Positions 13,423-27,279 of a stretch of DNA of 64,000 nt are shown piece by piece. The stretch's first letter is position 1. Each line of letters opens with the position of its first letter. The position numbers and the translations under genes were made by a program. The notes under the pieces were generated by a model, which saw nothing but the letters and a program-made list of their open reading frames with translations, was not told where the DNA came from and made no database searches. The stretch covers positions 126,790,001-126,854,000 of the forward strand of contig NC_043001.1 of NCBI RefSeq assembly GCF_006345805.1, written 5' to 3'. Source of the stretch: Octopus sinensis (Eukaryota).

Positions 13423-13561
13423 TATACATGCACATATATTATTAAGAGAAATATCTTCTATTAAGCAATTCAATAGTGAAAGACATTATCCATATATAGA
13501 AAAAATTAAATATACTATAATAAATATTTTTTTAATCAATAAATCAAAGAAACATTAAACT

Positions 13562-13675
13562 GACTACGCGCATTTCGTGACTATATCTTTAAATGGATAA
13601 TGATAAAATCGATACTATTAAAATAAATTCGATTTAAAATTAATTCGATTTAAAAATATAGCCACTTATCAGGTC
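13562..13675 (-). ncRNA. Type I hammerhead ribozyme fossil (G8A)
   Basis: GAC-CTGATAA-[18-bp stem II]-GAAA-T-GCGC-GTA-GTC, about 580 bp downstream of the Penelope ORF on the same strand. Confidence 0.65.
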
Positions 13676-14249
13676 TAAAATAAAATAAATGTATGTATCT
13701 TAACATATAATAATTAACAAATAAATATAGAAATATACGTATCGTAACAATAAATAATCGAATAGAATTTAACAATATTAATGAAGAATAAAATCATAAC
13801 ATCTTATTGAAGAATACCAGTTAACTGAAATTGTAAACTTTAAAATTAGAACCTAGTGTTTCTAAGAAATTTATCACGTGGAAACATGACATAAATAATA
13901 ACTATAGAATAAATTGATAGAAATATGTAACTTAGCTGTGAAAATAACAATATGTATTTTAGCTGTGAAAATAAGAAATAAACTAGATGTAACATACCAT
14001 TTATTGGAAAATTCTAAATTCTCAATAATTTAAAACTAAAATACGTAAAATACATAAAATATACTAAATTTCTATAACTTAATCTATATTCATCAATTTA
14101 TTTATTTATTTTATAAACACTTTGGTTTAGTCTTATTCTAATTGTGCAATGTACCCTACATAATCTACTGCTAATTTATACTCATTATACAACTACAATT
14201 TATAACTACAAAAATTAGAAACATAAATCAGTGTTTATATATACACAAA

Positions 14250-15100
14250 TTAGCTAAACTTATATAAATAATTTAACTTATGCCTACATGTAATTTTTCG
14301 CTCATCTTGCTAATTAAGGATTTTTTTATTATTAGATAGTAATATCTCCATAAATTCATTTGTACATAGTAAACAAAAATGTTTACCTATTCGATAAGAT
14401 TTAGATTTACAAACTATTTCCCAATTTAAATTATACTTAATTCCTTTAGATTTCAATCCCCATACATATTTGCTAAGGCCAGTAGAATTGATCAATGTTT
14501 TATTTTTAAATGAATGCATGTGTTGAGCTACCCTTAATTTAATTTTATTAGAAGTCTACCCCACGTAAATCGCATTTAAATTATAGCTATTCCTATTAAT
14601 ATTTTCATCAATCAAAGTCACTACACATTTATATACTACATCATCCAAATTACATTTATTTTAAAATTTACATTTTGTCATATCTCTACATGTACAATTA
14701 ATTATATTCTGGTCTTTATTATTATTAGAATAATTATTCAATTTGTTAATGTAAAACTTATTCAGCTTAAATTTATTAAAAGAACAAATAATGTCACCAA
14801 CATTATTAGTAGAAGAATAACCAACTCCAAAATTATTATTAGAAAAAAATGTTATATTTTTATTATCTATAATGAATACTTCAATTAGTTTTAATATCTC
14901 TTTAATAATGTTTCTTTTAACTTGAGCCCCATAAGGAATAATTATCCAAATTTTGTTCTTATTATTAACATTATTTCTAATTATTAAATTATTATATTTA
15001 TTATTATCATTAAACAATTAAATTTATTTATATCTTTTAGTCGATTATATTTGTTTTTTGGATTATCGTAATACCTATTATTAAAACCATAATTACCTAA
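14250..15100 (-). pseudogene. Penelope-like element ORF fossil (linker plus GIY-YIG endonuclease)
   Basis: KIWIIIPYG..GVGYSST..NCTCRDMTKC..DVVYKCVV..IYVG*TS..HMHSF..STGLSKYVWGLK..CLLC..TCRH; three in-frame stops and a frameshift near 15020. Confidence 0.85.
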
Positions 15101-15339
15101 ATAATATATATATATATATACGTGTTGAGGCTGTAAGTACGTATGCATGTTTGTATACATGCATGTGCGTTTGTAAGTATGAATTTATGCATGTATATAT
15201 ATATATATGTCTTTACATATGTATGCATCTAAGTATGTCTTATGAATTACGTATGCACGCGTGTATTAATTTATACATGTATATGTATGTACGTATATAT
15301 GTATGTATGTGTGTGTATGTATGTATCTATCTATGTATG

Positions 15340-16148
15340 CATTCATGTATGTACACATAGATTGAAGCACTGTGACGTTAGAGTTGGGTGCGTTAATTGT
15401 AAACATCTGCAAGGTGAAATAGTGGAAGAGTGACGAATGTAGCACATAAGGCACTCTTTAGAACGTGTGAATATAGCGTAATTTAGAGATAAGCTAAATC
15501 CGTTTTGACAAGATGTACATAGCATCACGGTATGATATAGAATACATAGCCATGCTATGCTGATAGGGTGTACGTTTACAGGGTGCTCTAAAAGAAAGGT
15601 AACAAAAAAAGGATAAATCCATGTGTCACATGTGAAGAAACATGCCTTTGTCTTGGTGAACAAATGTGAGGTAAACACGATGTAATCAAACTTTGACGCA
15701 GTGAAACAATAAAAGATATTGAAAAAAGGGGAAGAGCATGTAAAGAAATAGTACGGCTTGTCGTAGAATGAATAAGATTATTTAGAACAGAAATGAAATA
15801 TCAAATTTTCAAAATGCATAGAGTAAAGAATTAAAGAGAATTACATACCATGAAAGGAACATTTGGACATGACATAATATAAATTGACATGATAAAAAAA
15901 AAATATGAGACTTGACGAATGAAAAACATCACTAGACGACGTGGAATAAATAAGATACTTAAAGAAAAGTCACACGTGACGCACTGAATACAATCCGGAA
16001 AATAACAGAAAATCAAAATATATGGAACTAATTAACAGTCAGTTCATACTCCGAACAAAACAAGTTTACATCACACAAAGAAGATCCACGTTGTGGTATA
16101 GTGAACAGTTAGGTGTGACGCAGTGAAGCTGCATCATATATACAAATG

Positions 16149-16243
<95 letters not shown>

Positions 16244-17160
16244 GTGTGTGTGTGTATATATGTGTGTGTGTGTTTGTGTGTGTATACATGATGTTATGAT
16301 ACAATTTTTTGACGTAACATAGAAAAGGACTGTGAAATTTTTGGAAACGGCACACGGCGAAACGAAATTGTGACAGCGAGACAGTACTTAGAATAAACAT
16401 ATTAACATAACGTCGTAGAAATATATCTACATAGACAACATGAAGTAGGATATAGTATTCTATAGTGTAGAGAAAAACGAAAGGTATGATATGACGAAGG
16501 ATGAATAAGACAGTGTAACTTAGTAACATAAGTGAAATTGTGCAAAAGATCAATGTAATAGAGTGAGGATAAGACGCAACATAGATCAGTGTACATTGTA
16601 ACGTAGAATACAGACGGGGACATCAAACGTGACGTGAGAGAAAAGAATTGATCCAATATTAATGCAGCGGAAAATAGGTGATCATCATGGCGTGACGAAG
16701 GTGCAATGATGAACATGACGGAACGTGGAAGAAACAATGTACAGCACGGCGGGACGTAATAGAAATAATTTGATGTGCAATAGAACAGTGATCGGCAGTG
16801 TGACGAAGAAAGAACAAATTAACGTAACGCAGAGAATTACCATCGGCATAATGTAGCAAACAGCGTTTGATGAAAAATATACGTAATAACAATACAGTAT
16901 GACGTAAAATATACGAGATGAAGTGACGTAGAATCAGGAACAGCACGTTAATACGTATGAAAAATGATAGAACATAACGTACAAAAGAACAATCTTGGTG
17001 TGACGTAATGATCCACGGTGTATGACGAAGAATAAAACTGTACCAAACGTATAGTAAAAAACAACACACCCTAACGAAGTAAACAGTCACACCGTGACGT
17101 ATAACACACAGCACGGCACAGTGTGACAACAGACGAACACTGTGTGATTTCTTGACGGAC
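15340..17160. repeat. Highly degenerate minisatellite, period about 24 nt, TGACG-rich
   Basis: Recurrent (g)tgacg(t/a)a with A-rich spacers; spacings judged by eye are near 24 or its multiples; interrupted by (AT)n at about 16150-16290. Confidence 0.55.
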
Positions 17161-17695
17161 AGTACGACTATGAGTGTAGCGCTGATGACAGAGAAAATTT
17201 CGAATACCTACATTGCATCTACGTCTAGTTGGCCATGGCCAACCACTCTGCTCATGGCGAGAAGAGCTTTTAATTCGGCTATCCTCTGGTCGGAGGATGT
17301 CCGTTTAACGCTGAAGTAAAATCAGAAATTTCATTTAAGAATGACTCCAAAGAAATACACACTGACGAACCTCGCAGAAACAGACTCAGTCCCTCTCTCT
17401 CTCACACATACACACACACACACACAAACGCACACGCACACGCACACACATACACGCAATCACAGATACACACGCATGTGTATGTATATACATATATACA
17501 ATATATTTAATATTAAACCTATATAACAATACATATGTAATATGTGTTATTACATATTATATATATATATATGTATACACACGCACACACATATGCACAC
17601 ATTTACATCCATTCACGCTCATACACAGGAACACGCATACATACATACATACACACACAAACACACACAAACACACACACACACACATATATATA

Positions 17696-18305
17696 CAGGG
17701 TGCAGTGAATAAATTGTCGTCTAAATTACGAAAAAATGAAAGTAACACTGACATCTCATTTTAATAGATATATTTACCAAAATTACGTAGACTTTCTTGA
17801 CATACTAAAGAATAGATTATTTAACAAAGTCGCCATTGGCTTCAAATATGGCTTCCAAACAACTTCGGAATCTCCTGCAACTCTCCTGGACGATCACCTT
17901 TTTTAAGTTGGTGAATGCTGCCATGATCCTTCCCTTTAGTTCATCTTTGGTGTTACAAGGAGTTTTGTTGGACTCTCGGTCAAATTCACCCCACACGTAA
18001 TAATCAAGAGGGTTGTAGTCTGGGAAGTTATGTGGCCAGATGTTTAGGGTGATGTGGTCGCAGAAATTGTCCTGCTTATATGGCATGGTGTAGTATCATG
18101 TTGCCAGACATATGGTCTCCTAGATGTCACCCTCTTCACCCAGGGCAGCACTAGCTCCTCCAGCCACTTAATGTAGGCCTTCGTGTTGAGTCTGAGGCCG
18201 CGTGAGAAGATGAATGGAGGCATGAGATCGCCGTCACTAGCGATCACTCCAAACACCATGATGTTGACTAGATGTTTGATTTTTATCACTCTCAGTACAT
18301 GTCCT
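17696..18305 (-). mobile_element. Tc1/mariner transposase 3' part with terminal repeat
   Basis: IMVFGVIASDG..PPFIF, YVWQHDTTPCH and WPHNFPDYNPLDYYVWG motifs; TA-cagggtg terminus at 17694-17702. Confidence 0.85.
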
Positions 18306-18563
18306 CAGATTGACATCCAAACACTCTGAAATGTTCATATTGGAGCTTCTGGGGCAAATACCAAGCAGTACAGCATGTCGTTTCCAAATTTAAGGGAGAG
18401 TGAATTGCGTCATAGTGCTGTTTTTCCCACAGTCGGTGCCCAAAGGATCCTACTATACTGTGTAGTCGATATGTGAATGCTCGAAATTAAAACTATACAG
18501 TAGCGATAATTTACTCATCGTACCCTCTGTGTGTGTATATACACACACAATACACGCACGCAC

Positions 18564-18622
<59 letters not shown>

Positions 18623-19776
18623 CACAAATACTATCCCCTCACACAAACCAATATACCATATAAATTTATGCTGAAATAATTGAAAGTATGATATTAACAT
18701 GTTATAAACAATTGCAATAAATCAAATCATTATATTTTGACAGGCATATAATACAACAATACAGAAGAATGAATATTTTCAAAAACAATGGTTTTGGTGT
18801 CATCATTTTACCACAATTTTTATAATCGGATTTGGTTTTCATGTTAATGATTCTTCTTTCACCTAACAGAAGAAAATATATAGAAGTAGGGCAATAAAAC
18901 AATATAATATCTGGCTCATATTTAAGTACAGTATATTAGTGGTATCTCAGTGCGGATCTTATTGCGGTAGTTCGTTCATTCGTTTGTTTGTTCGACGCAA
19001 CATCTATATTCTGCTGTGTGATGTAGAAAACAATACAATGATAGGAATATGATTAGGTCACAGAAATTGAATATACGAGTTAATTAGATGAGATTTAAAC
19101 AAAGAGAAGAAACAGAAAGCATTTGGGAAATGTCATTTCGGAGTGGCTAGAAGCAGCAATATAGTAAACAGGAACCAGTTCGTATTATATACATCACTGT
19201 AAGCATGTAAAGCGCCCCCTGTCCACACAGACAAATAAACAAAAATGACCCAAACATACACTTCAAGTACATGCATGTAAATGGGTAAGCATATGTATAT
19301 GTATATACATACACACTCACACACACATACACACATCCACACACACATTCAATATATCGTTATAGTTGTGATTGTGTTAGCCCATACCATAACAGTGTCG
19401 GAAGTGCAGAGTGAGAATACAGAAGGACTCTAATGAGATTAACTCAACTTCAGGAGATTTAACAGCACAAAGCAAACGACTTAATAAGGTCTATTTTTTA
19501 ATGGATGATATTTTTCATGGTAAATCATCTACGCATAAGATAATGTAATTAAATATTTTATAAACAAACTTTGTTTTAACTTTCATTATACATAATACAT
19601 ACATGTATGTAAGTATATATGTATGTATGTATGTATGTTACATACGTATGTATGTAGACAGCCGACTATTGATGAAAGGTCTTTTCTCCGTGTTAACTTG
19701 TCCTGTTTTCCAATTTCTTTTCGATGTTTACGTATTTCATGTTATTTGCACCGTTGGTAACGTCTTGTACCCATAC

Positions 19777-19832
<56 letters not shown>

Positions 19833-20134
19833 GCATATACATATACATATACACATATACATATATATATATATATATATACTACCCTATTTAAGTAGAT
19901 TACAAGAGACAAGATCCTAAGATCCTGCGTGTACAAGGGAAGTATAATAAAAATAAATATAAGTGTGTAAATATGTTTTAATACCTACAGTAACTGCAAC
20001 ATTATCGATAATTACAGTAATAATACTCAGTTAATGATAAATCAGATGCAAAACTAAGCTATACAACTGTGTGTTTGTGTGTTTATGTGTGTCCGTGCCT
20101 CTGTGTCTGTGTATAAGTATGTGCATATGACAGT

Positions 20135-20231
20135 ATATATATATATATATATATATATAACAATAAGGGTTATTTGCAACAAGTTGCTTAACCACATACC
20201 GAAAATTTTAGACGAAAACTACGAATATAAT

Positions 20232-20282
<51 letters not shown>

Positions 20283-20390
20283 TATAGACACATATATATA
20301 TATATATATAAAACTATAGACACATATATATATATATTTATAGAACTATAGACACACACACATATATATAAGTATATATATATATGTTAT

Positions 20391-20474
<84 letters not shown>

Positions 20475-20476
20475 AT

Positions 20477-20574
<98 letters not shown>

Positions 20575-20700
20575 TATACATATATATATACATATATATA
20601 TGTATGTATATGTATGTGTTTGTGTGTATAGGTAGATAGATTAGCAATTACGAGCTGATAATATTTTAAAATCCACACACACACACACACACACACACAG
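20135..20700. repeat. Compound (AT)n block with higher-order units (aaactatagacacatat.. x3; gttatattgtata..tgaatatac x2)
   Basis: Seen directly. Confidence 0.9.
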
Positions 20701-21539
20701 ATACTCTGCCCACGCCTCTATTCATTGACCCCCGCTTTACGTTTTCTGTTATGTTGAAGAAACGTGACATAGGAAAGAGAATGTCGATATAAGTAGAAAA
20801 ATATATGAAAATAAGACACAAAGAACACGACAATATTGAGAATAACAAACGAGAAAAGAACTGAAACGGAAACGAAAAAAAAATAGAGAGACCCCAACAG
20901 CAACAGAACATTTAAACAGCAACAATAACAAGCAGAAAGAAGAACAAAGATAAAACGGATTGTAAGTAATAGCAAAATTGAAAATATAAGTGATTGAAAT
21001 AAGAGTAAAGAAAATGATATATTGATTACAACAAAAACGATAATGATAAATATAAATAGCAGCTGAACAATAGAAGGCAGTACAAACTTTAGATATAGCA
21101 ACATATAGCTACGTACATATATGCATATACACACTCAAGCATACATACAAATACACGCACACACACACATACACACATATATAAACACATACACACATAT
21201 CATTTGATGTACACTGTACTACAATAAGAGCTAATAGGAGTTTCAGGCTCTGAGCTCATGGTTTTGTTCTATTTGAAAAATATAACAAGCCACAGACTCA
21301 GAGCATAAAGGGTAGTTTGGAGACACAAGGTACGTTATAAAAACCTATCTAACTACGTGTCTTCATGGCAAGAAACTATAAATAGTTCTTATTTTAATAC
21401 AATGTATATTAAAAGATATTTATATTTATATTTCACACCGGATGGAGTATCTGTTTGTTGATTTTTAACAGAACAGTTAACTATATACATATTTATATAC
21501 ATATATATATATATATTTATATATTTAAATATGTATGTA

Positions 21540-21596
<57 letters not shown>

Positions 21597-21611
21597 CTCT
21601 ATTAAATTACT

Positions 21612-21878
21612 ATAAAACCACTATTAGGCAGATCAAACAGTGAAAAACATAAACCAATAAATAGAAATAAATAAATTAATTAATATAATATACAAAATAT
21701 ACAAAATACAAAATTCTAAATTTAAATTATTTAAATTTAAAGTTAAAATTTTTAAAAATATTTAAATTATTAATTTATACTTATAATTTTTATATATATA
21801 TATTTTATTATTTTATTTTATTATTATTTTTGGGGGTTTATGTTTTTCACTGTTTGATTTGCCTAATAGTGGTTTTAT
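21612..21878. repeat. Foldback with 44-bp arms and an extremely AT-rich spacer
   Basis: 21612-21655 versus reverse complement of 21835-21878: one mismatch in 44. Confidence 0.8.
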
Positions 21879-22475
21879 CTCTAATTTAATATAAATATAT
21901 ATATTTATACTGTAAAATTAGATTTAATCCTAAATCTAATTTTTCCCTGTAAGTTTGGATTTACTCCCTAATATTATTATTATTATGTATATACATATAT
22001 ATATAGATGCATCATGTATATTTGTATATATATACGTGTGTGTGTGTGTGTGTGTGTGTCACACACTAGGTCACACGAGGCTACACTAGACCACAAGTGT
22101 CCACAACCACCAAATATTTTCATTTCTCTGTCGCAGTACTCTTTTAGTCAAGTAATCCTTATACCGAGCACCACTTTTCCACGTGTTATGGAATGACAAT
22201 GAGGGACGCAACACATATCACAATGCCAGGTTTTACACCGGCAAGCATTTAAAAACTTTTATGGACACAAACACATAAACACATGATGTCATACACAGAC
22301 TAATACATAGAATCATTTTCAAATGGGTTTTTCAACCGAATATTATCTATAGCTTTATATGTACTTCGAGATTCCAAAAAGAGAGTTATTCTATGCTCTC
22401 TTGAATGTTCATAAAATTCTCATTACAACAACATATACATATACATACATACATATGTATATGTGTATACATATG

Positions 22476-22530
<55 letters not shown>

Positions 22531-22741
22531 CAGCAACACATTATAGATAGACAAGACTATCAAATGTTGTACACCGTTGATCACAGTGCGCTTTCTCGTT
22601 GTTTTAGCTCCCGAATGATGCCACCACAGTGCTTATGCGGGCAGACCTATATTACTCTTAAATGGAACCCTGGTTTGTAGCAGGGGCCCCCATTTTCAGT
22701 TGGGTGGATTGTAATACATACCTTCATACGTACCTACATAC

Positions 22742-22817
<76 letters not shown>

Positions 22818-23006
22818 CATAAATACATGCCTATATACATATGTACAAACACGCAAACAACATTTATCAATCAAAAAGTTGAGAAGGGACAGCAATGTTA
22901 CTGGAGGGTAGAACATAAAACTTTGCGTCTTTTCTTTTCCTGAAAATGGATTTTTCATGGCTTAGCAGGATTTTGGCTTTTACTGTTTTTTTGTATTTTA
23001 CTGTAC

Positions 23007-23126
23007 CTGGCGTGTACATCGACTACCCCACAGGCAACCTCGACACAACCCGGTGGTACAATGCCACCAAGTGCTAACCATGCTTGGTATTCAGCTGTTT
23101 TAATATCGCCTGTCTGGCGCTTCGAT
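23007..23126 (-). CDS. Neuropeptide precursor, peptide exon B: (R)SKR-QTGDIKTAEYQAWLALGGIVPPGCVEVACGVVDVHA(S)
   Basis: Acceptor ttttacctgtttacag|, donor AG|GTACAG; 120 nt, phase 2/2, lies inside track ORF 22955..23203. Same motif layout as exon A. Confidence 0.88.
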
Positions 23127-23173
23127 CTGTAAACAGGTAAAACAACACACAAATGGACATCAACAATAATGAC

Positions 23174-23287
23174 AGAACAATTTGACACGTCGATAAGAAA
23201 CAAACGTTATAAATACGAGAAGGAATGCGAAGAACAATTTGACACGTCGATAAGAAACAAACGTTATAAATACGAGAAGGAATGCGA
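23174..23287. repeat. Exact 57-bp tandem duplication
   Basis: 23174-23230 equals 23231-23287. Confidence 0.95.
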
Positions 23288-24063
23288 AGGAAAATTGCAC
23301 ATATCAACGTAAAAGGTAATGACAACAAAATAAAATCAATACTGCTTTTTGTAATAACATAACAATTATGATGTGACCAACTATGTGAAATGTGGGGAAC
23401 GGGTATCATTGGATAAAGATAACTATAGAAGAAGCAATGGAGTTTTACTGGAAATGGAGGTGGTTGGTAGGGTAACACGATATTCCTTTAACAAATGGTC
23501 AAAATATTTACTTAAATATTACTATATACATGTGTGTATGTGTGCGTAAAATGGCCATATATATATACTTATACATTAATATCTGTGTATATGCATATAC
23601 TATTTATATGCATTAAATGATCTATGGAAATTGAACTCCGAGTCTGCTATAATGTGTATAGCCGTGTTAACTACGACACAAGAGTGATAAATTATTTAGC
23701 TACCTAAATCAGAAGTTTAACCAAGCCATATTAGCAGCTTATGAAGTGTGAACCTCAGTCCACACAGTATGAAGGTAGAGTACTATATATAATATACATA
23801 TATAAGCGTGTGTGTGTTTCTGTGTGTGTGTGGGCAATATTTATGAATGAAATGGTACAAAAATTTGAACTGTAAAAATTGAATCTATCATTGCTACGTT
23901 ATTAATTATTGGTATAACACAAAACCCGAAAATAAATATTAACAATGTAATGCATTGACCATTTACTTAAGGATTTGAGGCGGGTAAGTCAGAAAGGGCT
24001 TTGGTTTAGGTCTTGACTAGGTAAAAGGATAGTGTTTGGGGGTTGAACTAGAGCTTACTATAC

Positions 24064-24177
24064 CTCTTTTCAATATCAACTAACCCACACGCTACCTGGG
24101 TGCAGGTAATGTTTCTGGACAATGCCATCAGTGCCCGATACTCAGCCGCTCGCATATCAGCTAGCTGTCGTTTAAAT
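24064..24177 (-). CDS. Neuropeptide precursor, peptide exon A: (R)FKR-QLADMRAAEYRALMALSRNITCTQVACGLVDIEK(S); PTH-like/PXXXamide-like
   Basis: Acceptor ctgcttacag|, donor AG|GTATAG; 114 nt, phase 2/2, open frame. KR cleavage site, N-terminal Gln, C-x4-C motif. Clear homology to exon B. Confidence 0.88.
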
Positions 24178-24440
24178 CTGTAAGCAGGGGTTGTAGAAAT
24201 GCATGCATTACATAAGGTGTTCTGTTACATATTCTCTTTATATCATACATAGCATGAACACTTTTCAAAAATATAATCCATATACCGAAATATATTTTTA
24301 TGTCAAAATTGAATCCATTACTTTTCATACAGTGTCTGACTTAACGAGAATTGTTTATAGTTGCTAAGCCTGGACCACTGCACAAATTAGCTTAACAGTC
24401 TGTGGGTCACGTAACATTTTCTACTTAGCTAATGGATACC

Positions 24441-24669
24441 TATTTTTTTATTACCCACAAGGGGCCAAACACAGAGGGAACAAACAAGGACAGACATAGG
24501 TATTAAGTCGATTACATCGACCCCAGTGTGTAACTGGTACTTAATTTATCGACCCCGAAAGGATGAAAGGCAAAGTCGACCTCGGCGGAATTTGAACTCA
24601 CAACGTAACGCAGACGAAATACCGCTAAGCATTTCGCCCGGCGTGCTAACGTTTCTGTCAGCTCGCCGC
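24441..24669 (-). mobile_element. SINE family 1 with 17-bp TSD
   Basis: TSD cttagctaatggatacc at 24424-24440 and 24670-24686. Confidence 0.9.
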
Positions 24670-27279
24670 CTTAGCTAATGGATACCATTTACTTCACTCA
24701 TCAACCCTGTTCTCGGTGCTAGTCACTTAAGCAGACGCTGACGAGGGCGAGACAGCTTGAAGCTCGTCTTTTTGTCTCCTTGTCCGTGTTTGTTGATCGT
24801 TTGGTTGTATACACTCAAGGCTTATTCCACAACTGATCCCAACATAATTTCAGCAAAGCACATGACTGGAACACTTAAAAGTATTTTTAAATGTTTTAAT
24901 TCTATAATTATCCTTCGTGATACAGACTTCTTTTAAAATATGTTCAAATTTATACAAATCATGAGTCTATAAACAGAGCAATTTGACTGAACATAATCTT
25001 TGTTTATTTTTTGTTTTGTCACATACCTAGTTAGTTTTTCATCTGTCGTTAAAATCCGTATTGATCCATACATACTAATGGTTTAAAAAAATTTTTCTCT
25101 TGATACCTGAAATTGTTTTCGTTATTTAATTTCCAATGATAAGCTCTAATTCTTTCATTACATCTATGTGTATGCATTCAAAGTATCTTGCAATCTATAA
25201 GTTTCGTCTCTGAGTTCTCTTAAGTTCAAATCCGATTGGGATCTACTTTGATTTTGTTCCTGATAAAATAAGTACATGTCAAACATTGCAGTAGATTAAA
25301 TCAACACTGATATCATAAACTGTATGGCTTTAAGTTACAGTTGTTGGTAATTTACCATTTACTGCCTCCCTTCTACTTAAGTTCACAACGCAGGCAAAGC
25401 CCCATATAAATTTATGTTCGATTATAAACTCGTATTTTAGGTAAACGATATACATTGTATATAAGGCTTAAACATTTATTTTATCTCTCGGCTTGTAAAC
25501 ATACATTCGCACATACATACATACACGCACATGTGTATATGTACATAAGTTTATATATCTGTATATATGTATGTATGTCTAGTAAGTTTGCTTTCTAATC
25601 ACACTTCTCCTGTGCCTCAGATGCATCCAAACCTTTCGAAATTCCATAGACAGAAACTGTGTAGAAGCCGTCGGATGAACTGTATTTTCTAAGGAGGAAA
25701 CTTAATCCAACGACCGAGGAATATCACTTGGTTGGCTTTTCACTTTGTTGCATGCATTCGGTCTGCATTCAGTAATGCCTAGCAAAAAAGACATGACCAC
25801 TGCTATTTCTCTTACATAGACGTAACAAAATGTGAGAGGCTAAAATGATACAATTATATGTATAATGTAAATAAGTGAATTATTACAGGGCTAATGATTT
25901 TAAAGGGCTAATGATTTGGTTCAGGGCCCGTATAAATAACGAGCTTCCCAGTGTCCCTAACAGCAGAATACCTTCAAAAATTCAGTTAAACAAGCAGTAG
26001 TAGGTCGATCTGTAAGGAAAATACCTCTGTTTCACTTACACTTACTCGACTTCGTGGGACGAGAAGGAGAAAGAGAAAGAGAAAGAGAGAGGAAGGGAGA
26101 GAGAGACGATGGGAAGACAGTGGGCTTCTCTCTACCGTACGTAATATTCGTAAATCTATGATTTACTTTGAGTTGCCTGGAACCTTTACTGAAAGCAAGC
26201 ACAAAATATTTAAATGATGATTCGGGGTCATACTTTTTAACACTGTTAAGCGAATTTGACCTGACCGAGTGCTCTGTCACACTTCAAATTCATGATCAAG
26301 AGCCTACTTGCCTGATTACAAAAAACAAGTGTAATCAAGTGTGTGTGTGCGCGCGCTTTGTAATTCCAATTCTACATATATACAATTATCAGTACTTTCT
26401 TCGTTTTTGAGAATTATTCTCCTTTAAGCTTTCTTGCAATTTCCGTTATGCATCATACAATAAAAGCAGTATGTGTTTTAATGCCAGCGCATAGATAATG
26501 CATTGAAACCGTAAAGTGTCGGCATTCTCAGCCAATTGTAACATATACTATAGCTGACTTATATGTCATCTTCCTATGTGATAAATCAAGTGAGTTATTA
26601 GATGTACGCAATTTCTGGCATTAATCAATAAACAGCTATTTCTATTCCTAAGCATCGAAACATTCTTCAAGAGTCTAAACATGGAGAACGTAAATTCCTC
26701 TTCAGGTTACATTTTTTATTTAATATATTTAAATACCCCACTTATCACTCTAACTATGTTTGGCTAATTAAAATCATAAAGATCTCAAAAAATTGCATCA
26801 CTGTGATTTTGTCTGGATTGTATGAACTAGGATAAGCTACAGATTTCATGCAGTGGCCTTTATGCTTTTAGTCATTCATAGCTGCATCGTATCTTAGTAA
26901 GTAAATTTGAGTTTCCTGTTGCTTTTGTAGTCTTTTATTGTTACTTAATTATGTTTGTCAGCTAATTAAGTAGCATTGAAAAAAATCAATACGCAAGTGA
27001 CAAAGAAAGTAAAATCTTCTTTCCAAACACACATATAGTATATGTACTCTTTTACTTGTTTTAGCCATGAGGTTGCGGTCCTGCTGGAGCATCGCATGCA
27101 TACATACATACGTACACGCACACACACACAAACATATATATATATATATACATTCATACATACATGCTTAGTTTATTGTCATTCACCTGTATTACAAGAT
27201 CGTAATGTTGCTTTCTGAACATCTAGCCGTAACTAAAAATCTGTGACATAATATACTTCTCCATTGAATTCCAAGATAC

